64,000 nt of DNA from an uncultured Chryseobacterium sp. (GTDB taxonomy: Bacteria; Bacteroidota; Bacteroidia; Flavobacteriales_C; GCA-002722245): the NCBI GenBank assembly GCA_964406465.1, contig CAYORT010000001.1, positions 157,144 to 221,143 of the forward strand, read 5' to 3'. Within the stretch, counting starts at the first letter, position 1, and each line of letters begins with the position of its first letter. The notes beneath the pieces were generated by a model. It was not told the origin of the DNA. It made no database searches and saw only the letters and a list, made by a program, of their open reading frames with translations. Position numbers and translations under genes: made by a program. Shown in pieces: positions 49,019 to 58,325 of the stretch.

Positions 49019-51283
49019 TTAGTGTTTTATTACTTTCGTGTTGAATTGTTCGCCTTCGGTTTTCACCAACAAGAAGTATATTCCGCTGCTAAGATTAGCT
49101 CCAAATGTTATGTTTCCTGATGTTACCAAAACATCTTCCACTTTCTTTCCTGATAAATCATAAACTGCTGCACTTATCACTTCATTTACATTATTTAATT
49201 GCAAAGAGAAGTTATCGCTACTCGGATTTGGGAATACTGTAGTAATCATTGATGCTATTTCTTTGCTATCTGTGCATGGATCTAATAAAGCTTTTACTAA
49301 AACTCTTCCGCATCCGCCCGAATTTGAACCTGTATTTAAAACAATATTGTAGATGCTTGGATAGAGCATTCCATCGGCACCCCAAGAAGCTAATGCCCAT
49401 TTCACTGTGCCAATTCCGTTGATGGTGTAGGGGTAGGGCGCATCTTGTCCGTCGTACCATAATTTGTGCTGCGTTCCTGCCAATGTTAATTTATAACCAG
49501 TGCCTGCTGGTAATGAAATTCCAATTGGGATTCTTAGAGTGTATTGACTACCCATTGGAATGGTATAAGTGGTTTGACCCATTTGCACACCAGCACTATT
49601 GTATACAGTAAATTTTAAGGTTTTATTTGTATTCGCGTAATCGCTATAAACATCTATAGAATCAATGGTTGCAGCAACATCTAAATCTAGTCTTAGGGAG
49701 TCGGCAACCGATGTGGCATAATTGAAATACCATCCTAGGTTTGAGGTTGCTGGGTTATTTAGCGGTGCTTTTGCGCCTATTGAAGTACGTGCTGCAGCAA
49801 AACCTTCTACATAAAAATTTGTGGTATTGTTAATAGCAACGCTATAGCTATCTCCTGTATGTAAAAGAGTTCCATTGCTCGAGGCATTGTACCATTTGTA
49901 TGGTCCGCCCGGAGTAGTAACCTTTAAAGTTGCTGTTTCTCCGGCATTGCAAACCGTATCTCCTACCGTATTTAACGTGGTATTTACGCTAACATCTACC
50001 ATGTCCCATTTATCGCATCCATTATTGGTTACAATTACCTTGTAAGTTCCTGCAGTAGATGCCATATATGTTGGGCTGCTTGCGTTGGCAATTAGAATAT
50101 CATCTTTATACCATTTAAAGCTGATACCTGCACCCGCTGATATTCCTGAGTTTAATGTTGCAGAACCGCCACAAATGGTTTGATCGTTCCCCAGATTGGG
50201 TTGCGAACCTACACACATGTATGGAAGCATAGCGTTATAGGTACAATTAAGTAAACTATACTGATCGGTTCTATCGGCATCAAGCTCCCATGCCCAAATT
50301 CCCGCTCCGCTGCACGTATTCATAATTAGATCTACTTTGTCTTGAATCATCGGACAAGAATTATAAGTATATCCTCCATTGATTCCATCAGCATCATTGT
50401 AGTAACTGGCAGGGTTTGAAGTGGCAAAAACATTGTAATTGGTAACAACATCATTGGCGTTTCGAGAATAGAAAGGAACGCCCAAAATAAATTTACTTAC
50501 TGGTGCATTTTTACTGATGAAATCACCTGCATAGCCTTGTCCTGGATTACTTAATCCTGTGCTCCATTTTTTTATCGTTTTGTCGGCAGTTGATAAAGAA
50601 GAGTGGTTATTGGGGTCGCAAGAATAGCAATTTCCCAAAGCGTCGAAAGCCATGAGATATATGAAATCTACGTTGGTAAAAACAGTTGAATTAACGCCAA
50701 TTCCATCTCCATCAAAGAGCCCAACACCTACCGCAATACTCAATTCTAATGTTTTATTCATGTTAACTCCAGCAGTGTTTAATTTGGTTCTCAGTGAAGC
50801 AATGAAGGTTTCAAAGTTACTGAGGTCGTAGCTTTGAGGAAACTCCCAATCTATATTTAAACCGTCGAGATTGTATCTTTTTACCATGGCGACTAGCGTG
50901 TCTTCCATTTTAATTCTGTAGCCGCTATTGGCCAGACTGGCCGAAAACCCCCACGACATGTTATGACCACCTACCGCCAAATGTACCTTAACATTGTTGC
51001 CATGCGCCAATTGCACTAAGGAAGGTACTTTGGTATTCACTCTGCTTCCTGTATTGTATGCCACCACATCATAGTAGTTGTTGTCGTGAGAGTAAATCAC
51101 GCCGCTAGCATTCGGAAATACGAATGCAAACAATATATCGGTGAGATTACTGTACTGAATATTGTTCACATTAGTGGTAGAATAGTCGGGAAAGAAACCC
51201 GCTATTTTTTTATTCTGCCCAAATGAATATTGAAGCAATAGTAGGAAGCTAAAAAAGACAAGTAATTTTTTTGAGTTTCTCAT
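49019..51283 (-). CDS. GH18 (chitinase-like) domain protein with an SprB-type repeat module and a T9SS type A C-terminal sorting domain
   Basis: The N-terminal GH18 barrel carries the motif LDGLNIDWEFP, a DxxDxDxE variant in which the second Asp is Asn. A middle module NLGNDQTICGGSATLNSG... resembles the adhesin B-repeat. The C-terminus is VFPNPSSDNFSLQL...GIYFLLV. Confidence 0.75.
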   Translation of the reverse strand: MRNSKKLLVFFSFLLLLQYSFGQNKKIAGFFPDYSTTNVNNIQYSNLTDILFAFVFPNASGVIYSHDNNYYDVVAYNTGSRVNTKVPSLVQLAHGNNVKVHLAVGGHNMSWGFSASLANSGYRIKMEDTLVAMVKRYNLDGLNIDWEFPQSYDLSNFETFIASLRTKLNTAGVNMNKTLELSIAVGVGLFDGDGIGVNSTVFTNVDFIYLMAFDALGNCYSCDPNNHSSLSTADKTIKKWSTGLSNPGQGYAGDFISKNAPVSKFILGVPFYSRNANDVVTNYNVFATSNPASYYNDADGINGGYTYNSCPMIQDKVDLIMNTCSGAGIWAWELDADRTDQYSLLNCTYNAMLPYMCVGSQPNLGNDQTICGGSATLNSGISAGAGISFKWYKDDILIANASSPTYMASTAGTYKVIVTNNGCDKWDMVDVSVNTTLNTVGDTVCNAGETATLKVTTPGGPYKWYNASSNGTLLHTGDSYSVAINNTTNFYVEGFAAARTSIGAKAPLNNPATSNLGWYFNYATSVADSLRLDLDVAATIDSIDVYSDYANTNKTLKFTVYNSAGVQMGQTTYTIPMGSQYTLRIPIGISLPAGTGYKLTLAGTQHKLWYDGQDAPYPYTINGIGTVKWALASWGADGMLYPSIYNIVLNTGSNSGGCGRVLVKALLDPCTDSKEIASMITTVFPNPSSDNFSLQLNNVNEVISAAVYDLSGKKVEDVLVTSGNITFGANLSSGIYFLLVKTEGEQFNTKVIKH

Positions 51284-51486
51284 AATTGAAGGTTTTAGGT
51301 TAAGGCATTTTGCTTCCCCAAAAGCAAAGCGCTTGGTTCTAAATTAGGCACACACAGGCTTTAAACCTATTGATATTGCTCGATGTCAGTATTTTGTCAG
51401 TGTTTTTCTTGCTCAAAAAGCCTTGTCTATAAAAAATACTTCATTTCTTCCTATATAGATTGTATTTTTGCACAAAATCATTGCAA

Positions 51487-53904
51487 ATGAAAATTTCATA
51501 CAACTGGCTAAAGCAGTATTTAAATATTAATCTTCCTTTAGAAGATTTGTCGAAAATTTTAACCGATATCGGTTTGGAGGTGGCAGGTTATGAAACCGTT
51601 CAATCTGTAAAGGGGGGATTAGAAGGTTTGGTGATTGGAGAGGTGATGTACAAAGAGAAACATCCCGATGCCGACAAACTAAGCCTTACCAAAGTAAATA
51701 TTGGTGGTGAGAAATTGTTGGAGATTGTTTGTGGAGCACCTAATGTGGCAGCCGGACAAAAAGTGATTGTAGCAACCATAGGTACTGTTCTATACGATGA
51801 CAAAGGTTCGTTTACTATTAAGCAGTCAAAAATTCGTGGTGCTTTATCTGAAGGGATGTTGTGCGGTGCCGATGAAGTTGGTTTAGGACACAGCGAAGGT
51901 ATTTTGGTTCTCGACAATTCAGTAGCTGTTGGCACTTTGGCAAAAGATCATTTCAAAATAGAAAGTGATGCAGTGATTGAAGTTGAACCTACTCCAAATC
52001 GTGCAGATGCTTTATCGCATTATGGTGTTGCTAGAGATTTATATGCTTACCTAAAAACAAGAGGTGAAGATGTTACGCTTACTTTACCTTCAATAAACGA
52101 TTTTAAAGTAGAAGAAACTTCTTTGCCAATATCAATAGCTGTGGAAGATACAGAAGCTTGTGCTCGATATATGGGTGTTTGCATTAGTGGAGTAGAGGTG
52201 AAGGAATCTCCCGATTGGTTGAAAAATAAATTGAAATTGATTGGCTTGAATCCTATTAATAATGTGGTAGATGCTACCAATTATGTTTTGTTTGAATTGG
52301 GGCAGCCTTTGCACGCTTTCGACTACGAAGCAGTTGCTGGAAAAATAGTAGTAAAGAAAAATGCAGCCGGTAAAAAATTTACTGCGCTCGATAAAGTAGA
52401 AAGAGAATTAGGTGAAGAAAATCTAATGATTTGGAATGCAAACGAACCAATGTGTGTTGCTGGAGTGATGGGCGGATTGGCATCGGGAACCACAGAAAGG
52501 ACAAAAAATATTTTCTTGGAATGTGCATATTTCAATCCGGTGATGGTGCGTAAATCATCTAAAAAATTGGGATTGAAATCAGATTCGTCTTACCGTTTCG
52601 AACGTGGTGTGGATATCAATATGGTGCCTGTTGCCTTAAAAAGAGCTGCGCTATTAATTCAAGAAGTGGCTGGTGGAAAAATTGCTTCTGAAGTAGTGGA
52701 TGTGTATTCATCTCCTCAAGAAAATTTTTCTGTCGATTTTAGATATTCAAGATGCAATGCTTTGATTGGTGAAGAGATTCCTAAAGAGAAAATAAAAGCT
52801 ATTCTTGGTGCATTAGAAATTCAAATTGCCTCTGAAGAGGGTGATGTGTTGAAATTAAAAGTGCCTACTTATCGTGTTGATGTGTTGCGTGAGATAGATG
52901 TGATAGAAGAGATTTTAAGAATTTACGGGTACAACACCGTCGCTATTCCAGAAAAGCTAAATGCATATTTAGAAATTAACACAGGAATTCCACAAGAAAA
53001 AATTCGCGCTACTGTATCTCAGCAATTGGCCGCTTTAGGATTCAATGAAATTTTATGTAATTCATTAAGCAATAAAGAATACTATGCAGCGCACATCGAA
53101 TTTGATGAGGAAGGATTTGTTGCTTTGTTGAATCCCTTGAGTAAAGAGTTGGCTGTAATGCGCAGAACAATGGTTTTTGGTGCACTAGAATCGGTGCAGA
53201 GAAATGCTAACCGTCAGCGTGCGAATTTGAAGTTTTATGAATTTGGTAGAACATATCGCAAAACAGAAAAGGGATATTTCGAGCAACAAAATCTTACTTT
53301 ATTACTCACCGGAAATAAAGAAGAAGAAAGCTGGAACAGCAGTAAAGACAAAGTAAATTTCTTTTCTTTAAAAGCTTACGTTCAGCAATTGGCAGAAAAA
53401 ATTGGCGTGCAAAAATTGAAGTTGAAAGCCACAGAAAATTCTTTGTACTCTGAAGTTTTTGAAATTCGTGCAGGTAAAAAAGTATTGGGTGAAATCGGAA
53501 TTTTAAATCAAAAAGTGACCAAGAAATTCGACGTCAAACAAGATGTTCTGTTTGCCAATATTTTATGGGATGCTTTCTGCGATTTAGCACAAAATACAAA
53601 AATTCAATATTCCGAATTGCCTAAATTTCCTACGGTTAGAAGAGATTTATCGTTGTTGCTTAATAAAGAAACTAAGTTTGTTGAGTTAGAACAAATGGCT
53701 TTCGACATGGAAAAAATCTTGTTGAAAGAAGTGAATTTATTCGACGTGTACGAAGGCAAAAATTTACCTGAAGGCAAAAAATCTTACGCTCTTTCTTTCA
53801 CTTTACAAGACAACGAAAAAACTTTAGTCGACAAAGAAATCGATAAAGTGATGGAGAAGTTGATGAAAGGATACAAAGAGAAATTGGGCGCTGAGGTGAG
53901 GTAG
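51487..53904 (+). CDS. pheT: phenylalanine--tRNA ligase beta subunit
   Basis: The conserved start is MKISYNWLKQYL. A tRNA-binding domain, B3/4, B5 and FDX-ACB-like domains are recognisable. The start was trimmed to 51487. Confidence 0.9.
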   Translation: MKISYNWLKQYLNINLPLEDLSKILTDIGLEVAGYETVQSVKGGLEGLVIGEVMYKEKHPDADKLSLTKVNIGGEKLLEIVCGAPNVAAGQKVIVATIGTVLYDDKGSFTIKQSKIRGALSEGMLCGADEVGLGHSEGILVLDNSVAVGTLAKDHFKIESDAVIEVEPTPNRADALSHYGVARDLYAYLKTRGEDVTLTLPSINDFKVEETSLPISIAVEDTEACARYMGVCISGVEVKESPDWLKNKLKLIGLNPINNVVDATNYVLFELGQPLHAFDYEAVAGKIVVKKNAAGKKFTALDKVERELGEENLMIWNANEPMCVAGVMGGLASGTTERTKNIFLECAYFNPVMVRKSSKKLGLKSDSSYRFERGVDINMVPVALKRAALLIQEVAGGKIASEVVDVYSSPQENFSVDFRYSRCNALIGEEIPKEKIKAILGALEIQIASEEGDVLKLKVPTYRVDVLREIDVIEEILRIYGYNTVAIPEKLNAYLEINTGIPQEKIRATVSQQLAALGFNEILCNSLSNKEYYAAHIEFDEEGFVALLNPLSKELAVMRRTMVFGALESVQRNANRQRANLKFYEFGRTYRKTEKGYFEQQNLTLLLTGNKEEESWNSSKDKVNFFSLKAYVQQLAEKIGVQKLKLKATENSLYSEVFEIRAGKKVLGEIGILNQKVTKKFDVKQDVLFANILWDAFCDLAQNTKIQYSELPKFPTVRRDLSLLLNKETKFVELEQMAFDMEKILLKEVNLFDVYEGKNLPEGKKSYALSFTLQDNEKTLVDKEIDKVMEKLMKGYKEKLGAEVR

Positions 53905-53940
53905 TTTTTTCCAATCTATAATTTTTCAAGAACTTACTTC

Positions 53941-54090
53941 TGGGAGTGTTACTCCCTCTCGGCGGAGAGGGGTGTGTAAAGGCCTGTGAAGTGGGAGGGA
54001 GATGGATTAATTTATAATGAATCCATCTCCCTCCTTCCCACAAGCAAAATCGCACCCCTCTTCTCCAAGAGGTAGTCCCACTCCCGGAAA
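53941..54090. other. GC-rich cluster of 4 hairpins between convergent pheT and the SMP-30-like gene (terminator/REP-like element)
   Basis: The hairpins are gggagt/actccc, ccctctc-ggcg-gagaggg, a 15-16 bp stem gggagggagatggatt...aatccatctccctcc, and cctctt-ctcc-aagagg. Confidence 0.5.
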
Positions 54091-54104
54091 TCAACTCTTG
54101 ATTT

Positions 54105-54986
54105 TTATCTCAACTCAATCACCTCCACCCACTTCTTATCCTGCATCGTCACAAACAATTTTTTCTCATCATTGCTAAATGCAAGGTTGGTTGGTTTTTG
54201 TCCGTGCAAAGTATATTTCTCAATAATTTTTCCTTCAGCAGAAATGCATAAAACACATCCCTTGTCGTATCGTGCAACATACAAATTTCCTTTGCTGTCG
54301 CAGCGCATTCCATCCATTCCTCCATCGATGAAGTTGATTAGTAATCTTTTGTTCGAGAGGTTTCCGGCAGAGTCAACATCGAATTTCCAAATGTTTCTTT
54401 GTACACTTTCATTAACGTATAGTGTCTTATTGTCGTTACTTATTTCAATGCCATTTGTGGTGCCCATGCTGTCGCTTAACAAATGCGTAGAGCCATCAAT
54501 ATTCACTCTCCACAATTTACCATTTCCATTTTTCCAACTTGGGTCGCTGCAAAAAATAATGCCGTTTTTCATCAATGTTAAATCGTTGGGTTGATTCATT
54601 AACGTGTCGTGTGCATGCACAGAAATCTTCTTTGTTTTAAGATTTATTTTCAAAATATTGTGTCCCAAATAGTCGGCTAAAAACATCTCGTTTTTAGCAT
54701 TAAATCGAATGCCATTTCCAATGCTGCCATTGGGTAAATCGATGAATAATTTCGGCGCTTTTATTCCTTTTTTGATGATGCCAATACTTCCTTCGTGGTT
54801 GAAATTAACGATGTATAAGTCTCCTTTTTTATCTACACTGGGACCTTCAATTCCTTCTGTAAAAACATCTTCCGTAAGTATATTCGAGTCGATTCTACTT
54901 CTGTTTACAAATGCCACTGAAAACACAATAAAAATTGTACTCACAAACACTTTCGCGTTTAGTAGATTCCTCACTTTGAAAATCAT
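54105..54986 (-). CDS. SMP-30/gluconolactonase/LRE family beta-propeller protein
   Basis: Repeated ...DxxGNLYV.../NGI... propeller motifs are present. I placed the start at MIFKVRNLL (54986) to avoid a 26 nt overlap with engB. Confidence 0.7.
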   Translation of the reverse strand: MIFKVRNLLNAKVFVSTIFIVFSVAFVNRSRIDSNILTEDVFTEGIEGPSVDKKGDLYIVNFNHEGSIGIIKKGIKAPKLFIDLPNGSIGNGIRFNAKNEMFLADYLGHNILKINLKTKKISVHAHDTLMNQPNDLTLMKNGIIFCSDPSWKNGNGKLWRVNIDGSTHLLSDSMGTTNGIEISNDNKTLYVNESVQRNIWKFDVDSAGNLSNKRLLINFIDGGMDGMRCDSKGNLYVARYDKGCVLCISAEGKIIEKYTLHGQKPTNLAFSNDEKKLFVTMQDKKWVEVIELR

Positions 54987-54996
54987 TTTATTTGAA

Positions 54997-55599
54997 TTAA
55001 GCTTTGTACAACAAGTTAGCATTTTCTATGAAATCTAATATCTCTTGCATGCCTTCTTTCTTTTCTGCCGAAGTGATAAAGATAGGGGGTAATTCTTCCC
55101 AATAGCCCAACAATACTTTTTTATAGTGCGCAATATTTTGATCTTTTTTGGGCTTAGAAAGTTTATCTGTTTTTGTGAAAACGATGCACAATGGAATTTG
55201 ATTTTCACCTAACCAATTGATAAACTCTAAATCGATTTTTTGTGGTTCATGTCGGCTATCCACCAATACAAAAGTGTATTGCAATTGTTCTCTTTGCAAG
55301 AAATAATCACTTATCATATTGCCGAAAAGTTCCTTTTTCGTTTTCGAAACTTTGGCATAGCCATAACCAGGTAAATCGGTGATGTGCCAATTTTGGTTTA
55401 CTATGAAATGATTGATGAGTTGTGTTTTTCCCGGAGTAGAACTGGTTTTAGCCATGTTCTTTTGATTTACCAAAGCGTTGATTAAACTTGATTTACCAAC
55501 GTTTGAGCGACCAATAAATGCGTATTCGGGAAAAGGAAAAACAGGACACTGACTTACTTTTTCGCTGCTTTTGGCAAATTCAGCCGAGTGTATAATCAT
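54997..55599 (-). CDS. engB: ribosome biogenesis GTP-binding protein YihA/YsxC (EngB)
   Basis: G1 (GRSNVGKSSLINAL), G3 (DLPGYG) and G4 (TKTDK) motifs are present. Confidence 0.9.
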   Translation of the reverse strand: MIIHSAEFAKSSEKVSQCPVFPFPEYAFIGRSNVGKSSLINALVNQKNMAKTSSTPGKTQLINHFIVNQNWHITDLPGYGYAKVSKTKKELFGNMISDYFLQREQLQYTFVLVDSRHEPQKIDLEFINWLGENQIPLCIVFTKTDKLSKPKKDQNIAHYKKVLLGYWEELPPIFITSAEKKEGMQEILDFIENANLLYKA

Positions 55600-56366
55600 T
55601 ACTTAGATTTGTTTCTCAATAACCAATCAGCTAAGATGGTGTTGAACTCTTCGTGATGTTCCATCATTGGTGCATGTCCGCATTGATCAATCCATTTCAA
55701 CTCCGATGTTTTGATGTGTGCATGGAATTCTTCTGCAACTTCTGGCGGAGTGATAATGTCGTTTTTACCCCAAAGCAACAATACTGGAATATTTATTTTG
55801 TGTAAATCGTCTTTTACGTTGTGGCGAATAGCACTTTTAGCCAATGCCAAAACACGAATCACCTTATTTCTGTTGTTAACGATTTCGTATACTTCATCTA
55901 CCAATTCTTCTGTAGCGTGTTTAGGATCGAAAAAAGTAGCAGCAGTTTTTTCTTTGATGAAATTTCTATCTTCTCTTTTAGGGTAAGTGCCACCAAAAGC
56001 ATTTTCATACAAACCAGAACTTCCTGTTAAAACCATTCTCTCTACTCTTTCTGGCCATCTCTCTTGGTAAACCAAAGCAACGTGTCCGCCTAATGAATTA
56101 CCCAACAAAGTCACTTTTTCAAAGCCTTTGTGCTTAATAAATTTCTTAAGAAACTCAGCTAAAGTTTTTACACCTGTAGTTAAAACAGGCATATCGTATA
56201 GCGGAAGCATTGGAATAACAATTTTGTATTGCCCTTTAAAATGCTCTATAAGATATTCGAAATTTGAAAGCGCACCGAACAAGCCGTGAAGTAATACAAT
56301 TACCTCTCCTTCCCCTTCTTCAATATATTTAAATTTTCCTTCTTCTTTAATCGTGTAATTCGCCAT
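55599..56366 (-). CDS. alpha/beta fold hydrolase
   Basis: An HGxxG-like segment (VIVLLHGLFGA), the nucleophile elbow GNSLGG and a C-terminal His are present. Confidence 0.8.
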   Translation of the reverse strand: MANYTIKEEGKFKYIEEGEGEVIVLLHGLFGALSNFEYLIEHFKGQYKIVIPMLPLYDMPVLTTGVKTLAEFLKKFIKHKGFEKVTLLGNSLGGHVALVYQERWPERVERMVLTGSSGLYENAFGGTYPKREDRNFIKEKTAATFFDPKHATEELVDEVYEIVNNRNKVIRVLALAKSAIRHNVKDDLHKINIPVLLLWGKNDIITPPEVAEEFHAHIKTSELKWIDQCGHAPMMEHHEEFNTILADWLLRNKSK

Positions 56367-56608
56367 AGTGAGTTGTCTCTGTTTCAGGCAAAAATAAGAA
56401 AATATTCATACCAAAACAGCCTTTCCTTTTTGTAGTGGGTATATGTTGTTAATTTTAATTTTTCTCCCACCTAATTACCTCTTTAATATCAGCTATTTAG
56501 AGCTGATTTAAACAAAAGTTTTCAACAATGTGGTATAGAGTGGGTAAAAGTGGTAATTCCTCCTTATATTTACGGCATAATTCACCAAAAGGCGCAAAAA
56601 CAAAGGGA

Positions 56609-57070
56609 ATGACGAATTTTATCGGAGAATATGATGGAAAGCTAGATGAAAAGGGTCGTTTGATGCTGCCTTCTGGTTTGAAGAAGCAATGTTCGGCTCA
56701 ATTTGATGGCAAATTTGTGGTGAATAGAGGTATTGAGAATTGTTTGGTATTGTATCAAAAGCAAGATTGGGAAGTGGTGTCGGCTAAAGTGGCCAAATTG
56801 AATCAGTTTGTTACTAAAAACCGTCAGTTCATTAGAAGATTTAACAATGGTGCGACGGTGTTAGATTTAGATGGTGTTGGGCGTTTGCTTATTCCAAAGA
56901 AGTTATTGGAATACGCAGGCATTTCTAAAGAAGTTGTTTTGTTTGGTTATGCCGACAAAATTGAAATATGGTCGAAGGCAGCATACGAGAAGATGATGAA
57001 TGAAGAGCAAGATTTTGCTGCATTGGCTGAGGAAGTAATGGGGAAACCAGAAGACGATAAGGGTGAGTGA
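56609..57070 (+). CDS. mraZ: division/cell wall cluster transcriptional regulator MraZ
   Basis: Start MTNFIGEYDGKLDEKGRLMLP. Two SpoVT/AbrB-like halves are present, and the gene is the first of the dcw cluster. The start was trimmed to 56609. Confidence 0.85.
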   Translation: MTNFIGEYDGKLDEKGRLMLPSGLKKQCSAQFDGKFVVNRGIENCLVLYQKQDWEVVSAKVAKLNQFVTKNRQFIRRFNNGATVLDLDGVGRLLIPKKLLEYAGISKEVVLFGYADKIEIWSKAAYEKMMNEEQDFAALAEEVMGKPEDDKGE

Positions 57071-57959
57071 TTATCATGTGCCGGTGTTGTTGCATGAGTG
57101 TTTAGATGCTCTGCAAATAAAAGGCGACGGGGTGTATGTGGATGTTACTTATGGTGGTGGTGGTCATTCCAAAAAAATATTAGAGCAACTAACGACCGGT
57201 AAATTATTGGCCTTCGATAGAGATGCCGACGCGATAAAGAATGAAGTGCAAGATGAGCGTCTCATTTTGGTGAACGATAATTTTAGTGAGTTGGCTAAGT
57301 ACGTGAAATTGTATCGACTTAAAGTGGATGGAATTTTGGCAGATTTTGGCATTTCATCATGGCAGATCGATGCGGCAGAAAGAGGTTTTTCTTTGCGTTT
57401 TGATGCCGACTTAGATATGCGAATGGATAAGCGCGCTGCGCTTTCCGCTAAAGACGTTCTTAATCAGTATGAAGAAGCTCCGCTAAGTAAGATTTTAAAG
57501 GAGTATGGTGAGATAATGAATGCGCGACAAGTGGCTCGACAAATCATTGCTCATCGAACAACACAGCCTTTTCAAACCACTTTCGATTTAAAAAAAGCAG
57601 TGGAAAGTTTAGCGCCTAAAATGGAACAAAATCGATTTTATGCGCGCATTTTTCAAGCCATTAGAATCGAAGTAAATAAAGAATTGGAAGAGATAAAATC
57701 ATTTTTAGCGCAAAGCGAACAAGTGCTAGTTCCTGGTGGTAGATTGGTGTGTATATCTTATCATTCGTTAGAAGATAGATTGGTGAAAAATTTCATGAGG
57801 GCTAGCAATGAAAGTGGAGAAGTGGAGACTGATATTTTTGGACACTCGAAAACGCAATGGAAAGTGCTTACCAAAAAACCCATCTTACCAACAGAAAAAG
57901 AAATTCAATTAAATAGTAGAGCACGCAGTGCCAAATTGAGAATTGCTGAAAAGAAATGA
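57063..57959 (+). CDS. rsmH: 16S rRNA (cytosine1402-N4)-methyltransferase RsmH (MraW)
   Basis: VDVTYGGGGHS is the SAM motif, and the gene sits directly after mraZ. Confidence 0.9.
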   Translation: MSDYHVPVLLHECLDALQIKGDGVYVDVTYGGGGHSKKILEQLTTGKLLAFDRDADAIKNEVQDERLILVNDNFSELAKYVKLYRLKVDGILADFGISSWQIDAAERGFSLRFDADLDMRMDKRAALSAKDVLNQYEEAPLSKILKEYGEIMNARQVARQIIAHRTTQPFQTTFDLKKAVESLAPKMEQNRFYARIFQAIRIEVNKELEEIKSFLAQSEQVLVPGGRLVCISYHSLEDRLVKNFMRASNESGEVETDIFGHSKTQWKVLTKKPILPTEKEIQLNSRARSAKLRIAEKK

Positions 57960-58324
57960 GTGAGGCAATAGAAAATAAAGTAGAAGAACAAAAACCTAAA
58001 AAAACCAAAAAGAGTTTTTTAGGAAGAAAGTTTAATGAAGAGAAAGCATACGCTATTCTTCCCTTTGCTACTTTTTTAACCATCCTTGCGCTCATCTATA
58101 TCGCAAATTCATATTATGTAGAAAGCTCCATTAGGAAAATTAGCAAACTACAAACTACTATTCATGAATTACGAGCAGAAGACATTGAGTTAAAAACTCA
58201 ATTGAATATGAAAACACGCCAGTCGGAAATTAATCTGAGAGCAGAAAGCCAAGGCTTGAAACCTCTTACAGATCAACCAACAGGTATTATGGAATTGAAG
58301 TTGAACGAGAAAAAACAAGATTGA
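57956..58324 (+). CDS. ftsL: FtsL-like cell division protein (Bacteroidota type)
   Basis: A small bitopic protein (TM ILPFATFLTILALIYIA) with a coiled-coil tail, lying between rsmH and ftsI. Confidence 0.6.
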   Translation: MSEAIENKVEEQKPKKTKKSFLGRKFNEEKAYAILPFATFLTILALIYIANSYYVESSIRKISKLQTTIHELRAEDIELKTQLNMKTRQSEINLRAESQGLKPLTDQPTGIMELKLNEKKQD

Positions 58325-58325
58325 A

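Noticed and set aside
53798-54094. 98 aa minus-strand ORF rich in R/P/S
   Set aside because: It spans the GC-rich hairpin cluster between convergent genes. Its composition reflects the palindromes rather than coding sequence.
54172-54594. 140 aa plus-strand ORF, and similar internal antisense ORFs (for example 30582..30894, 8001..8696, 28635..28988, 59778..60134)
   Set aside because: All are embedded antisense in strongly supported genes (SMP-30-like, pentapeptide, dnaG, S41 peptidase, ftsI) and show no motifs.
56560-56580. possible Bacteroidota sigma-A -7 element (tccttatatttacgg) upstream of mraZ
   Set aside because: It matches TAnnTTTG only partly (TAtaTTTAc) and there is no clear -33 TTG at the right spacing. 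It is too weak to call without transcription start data.
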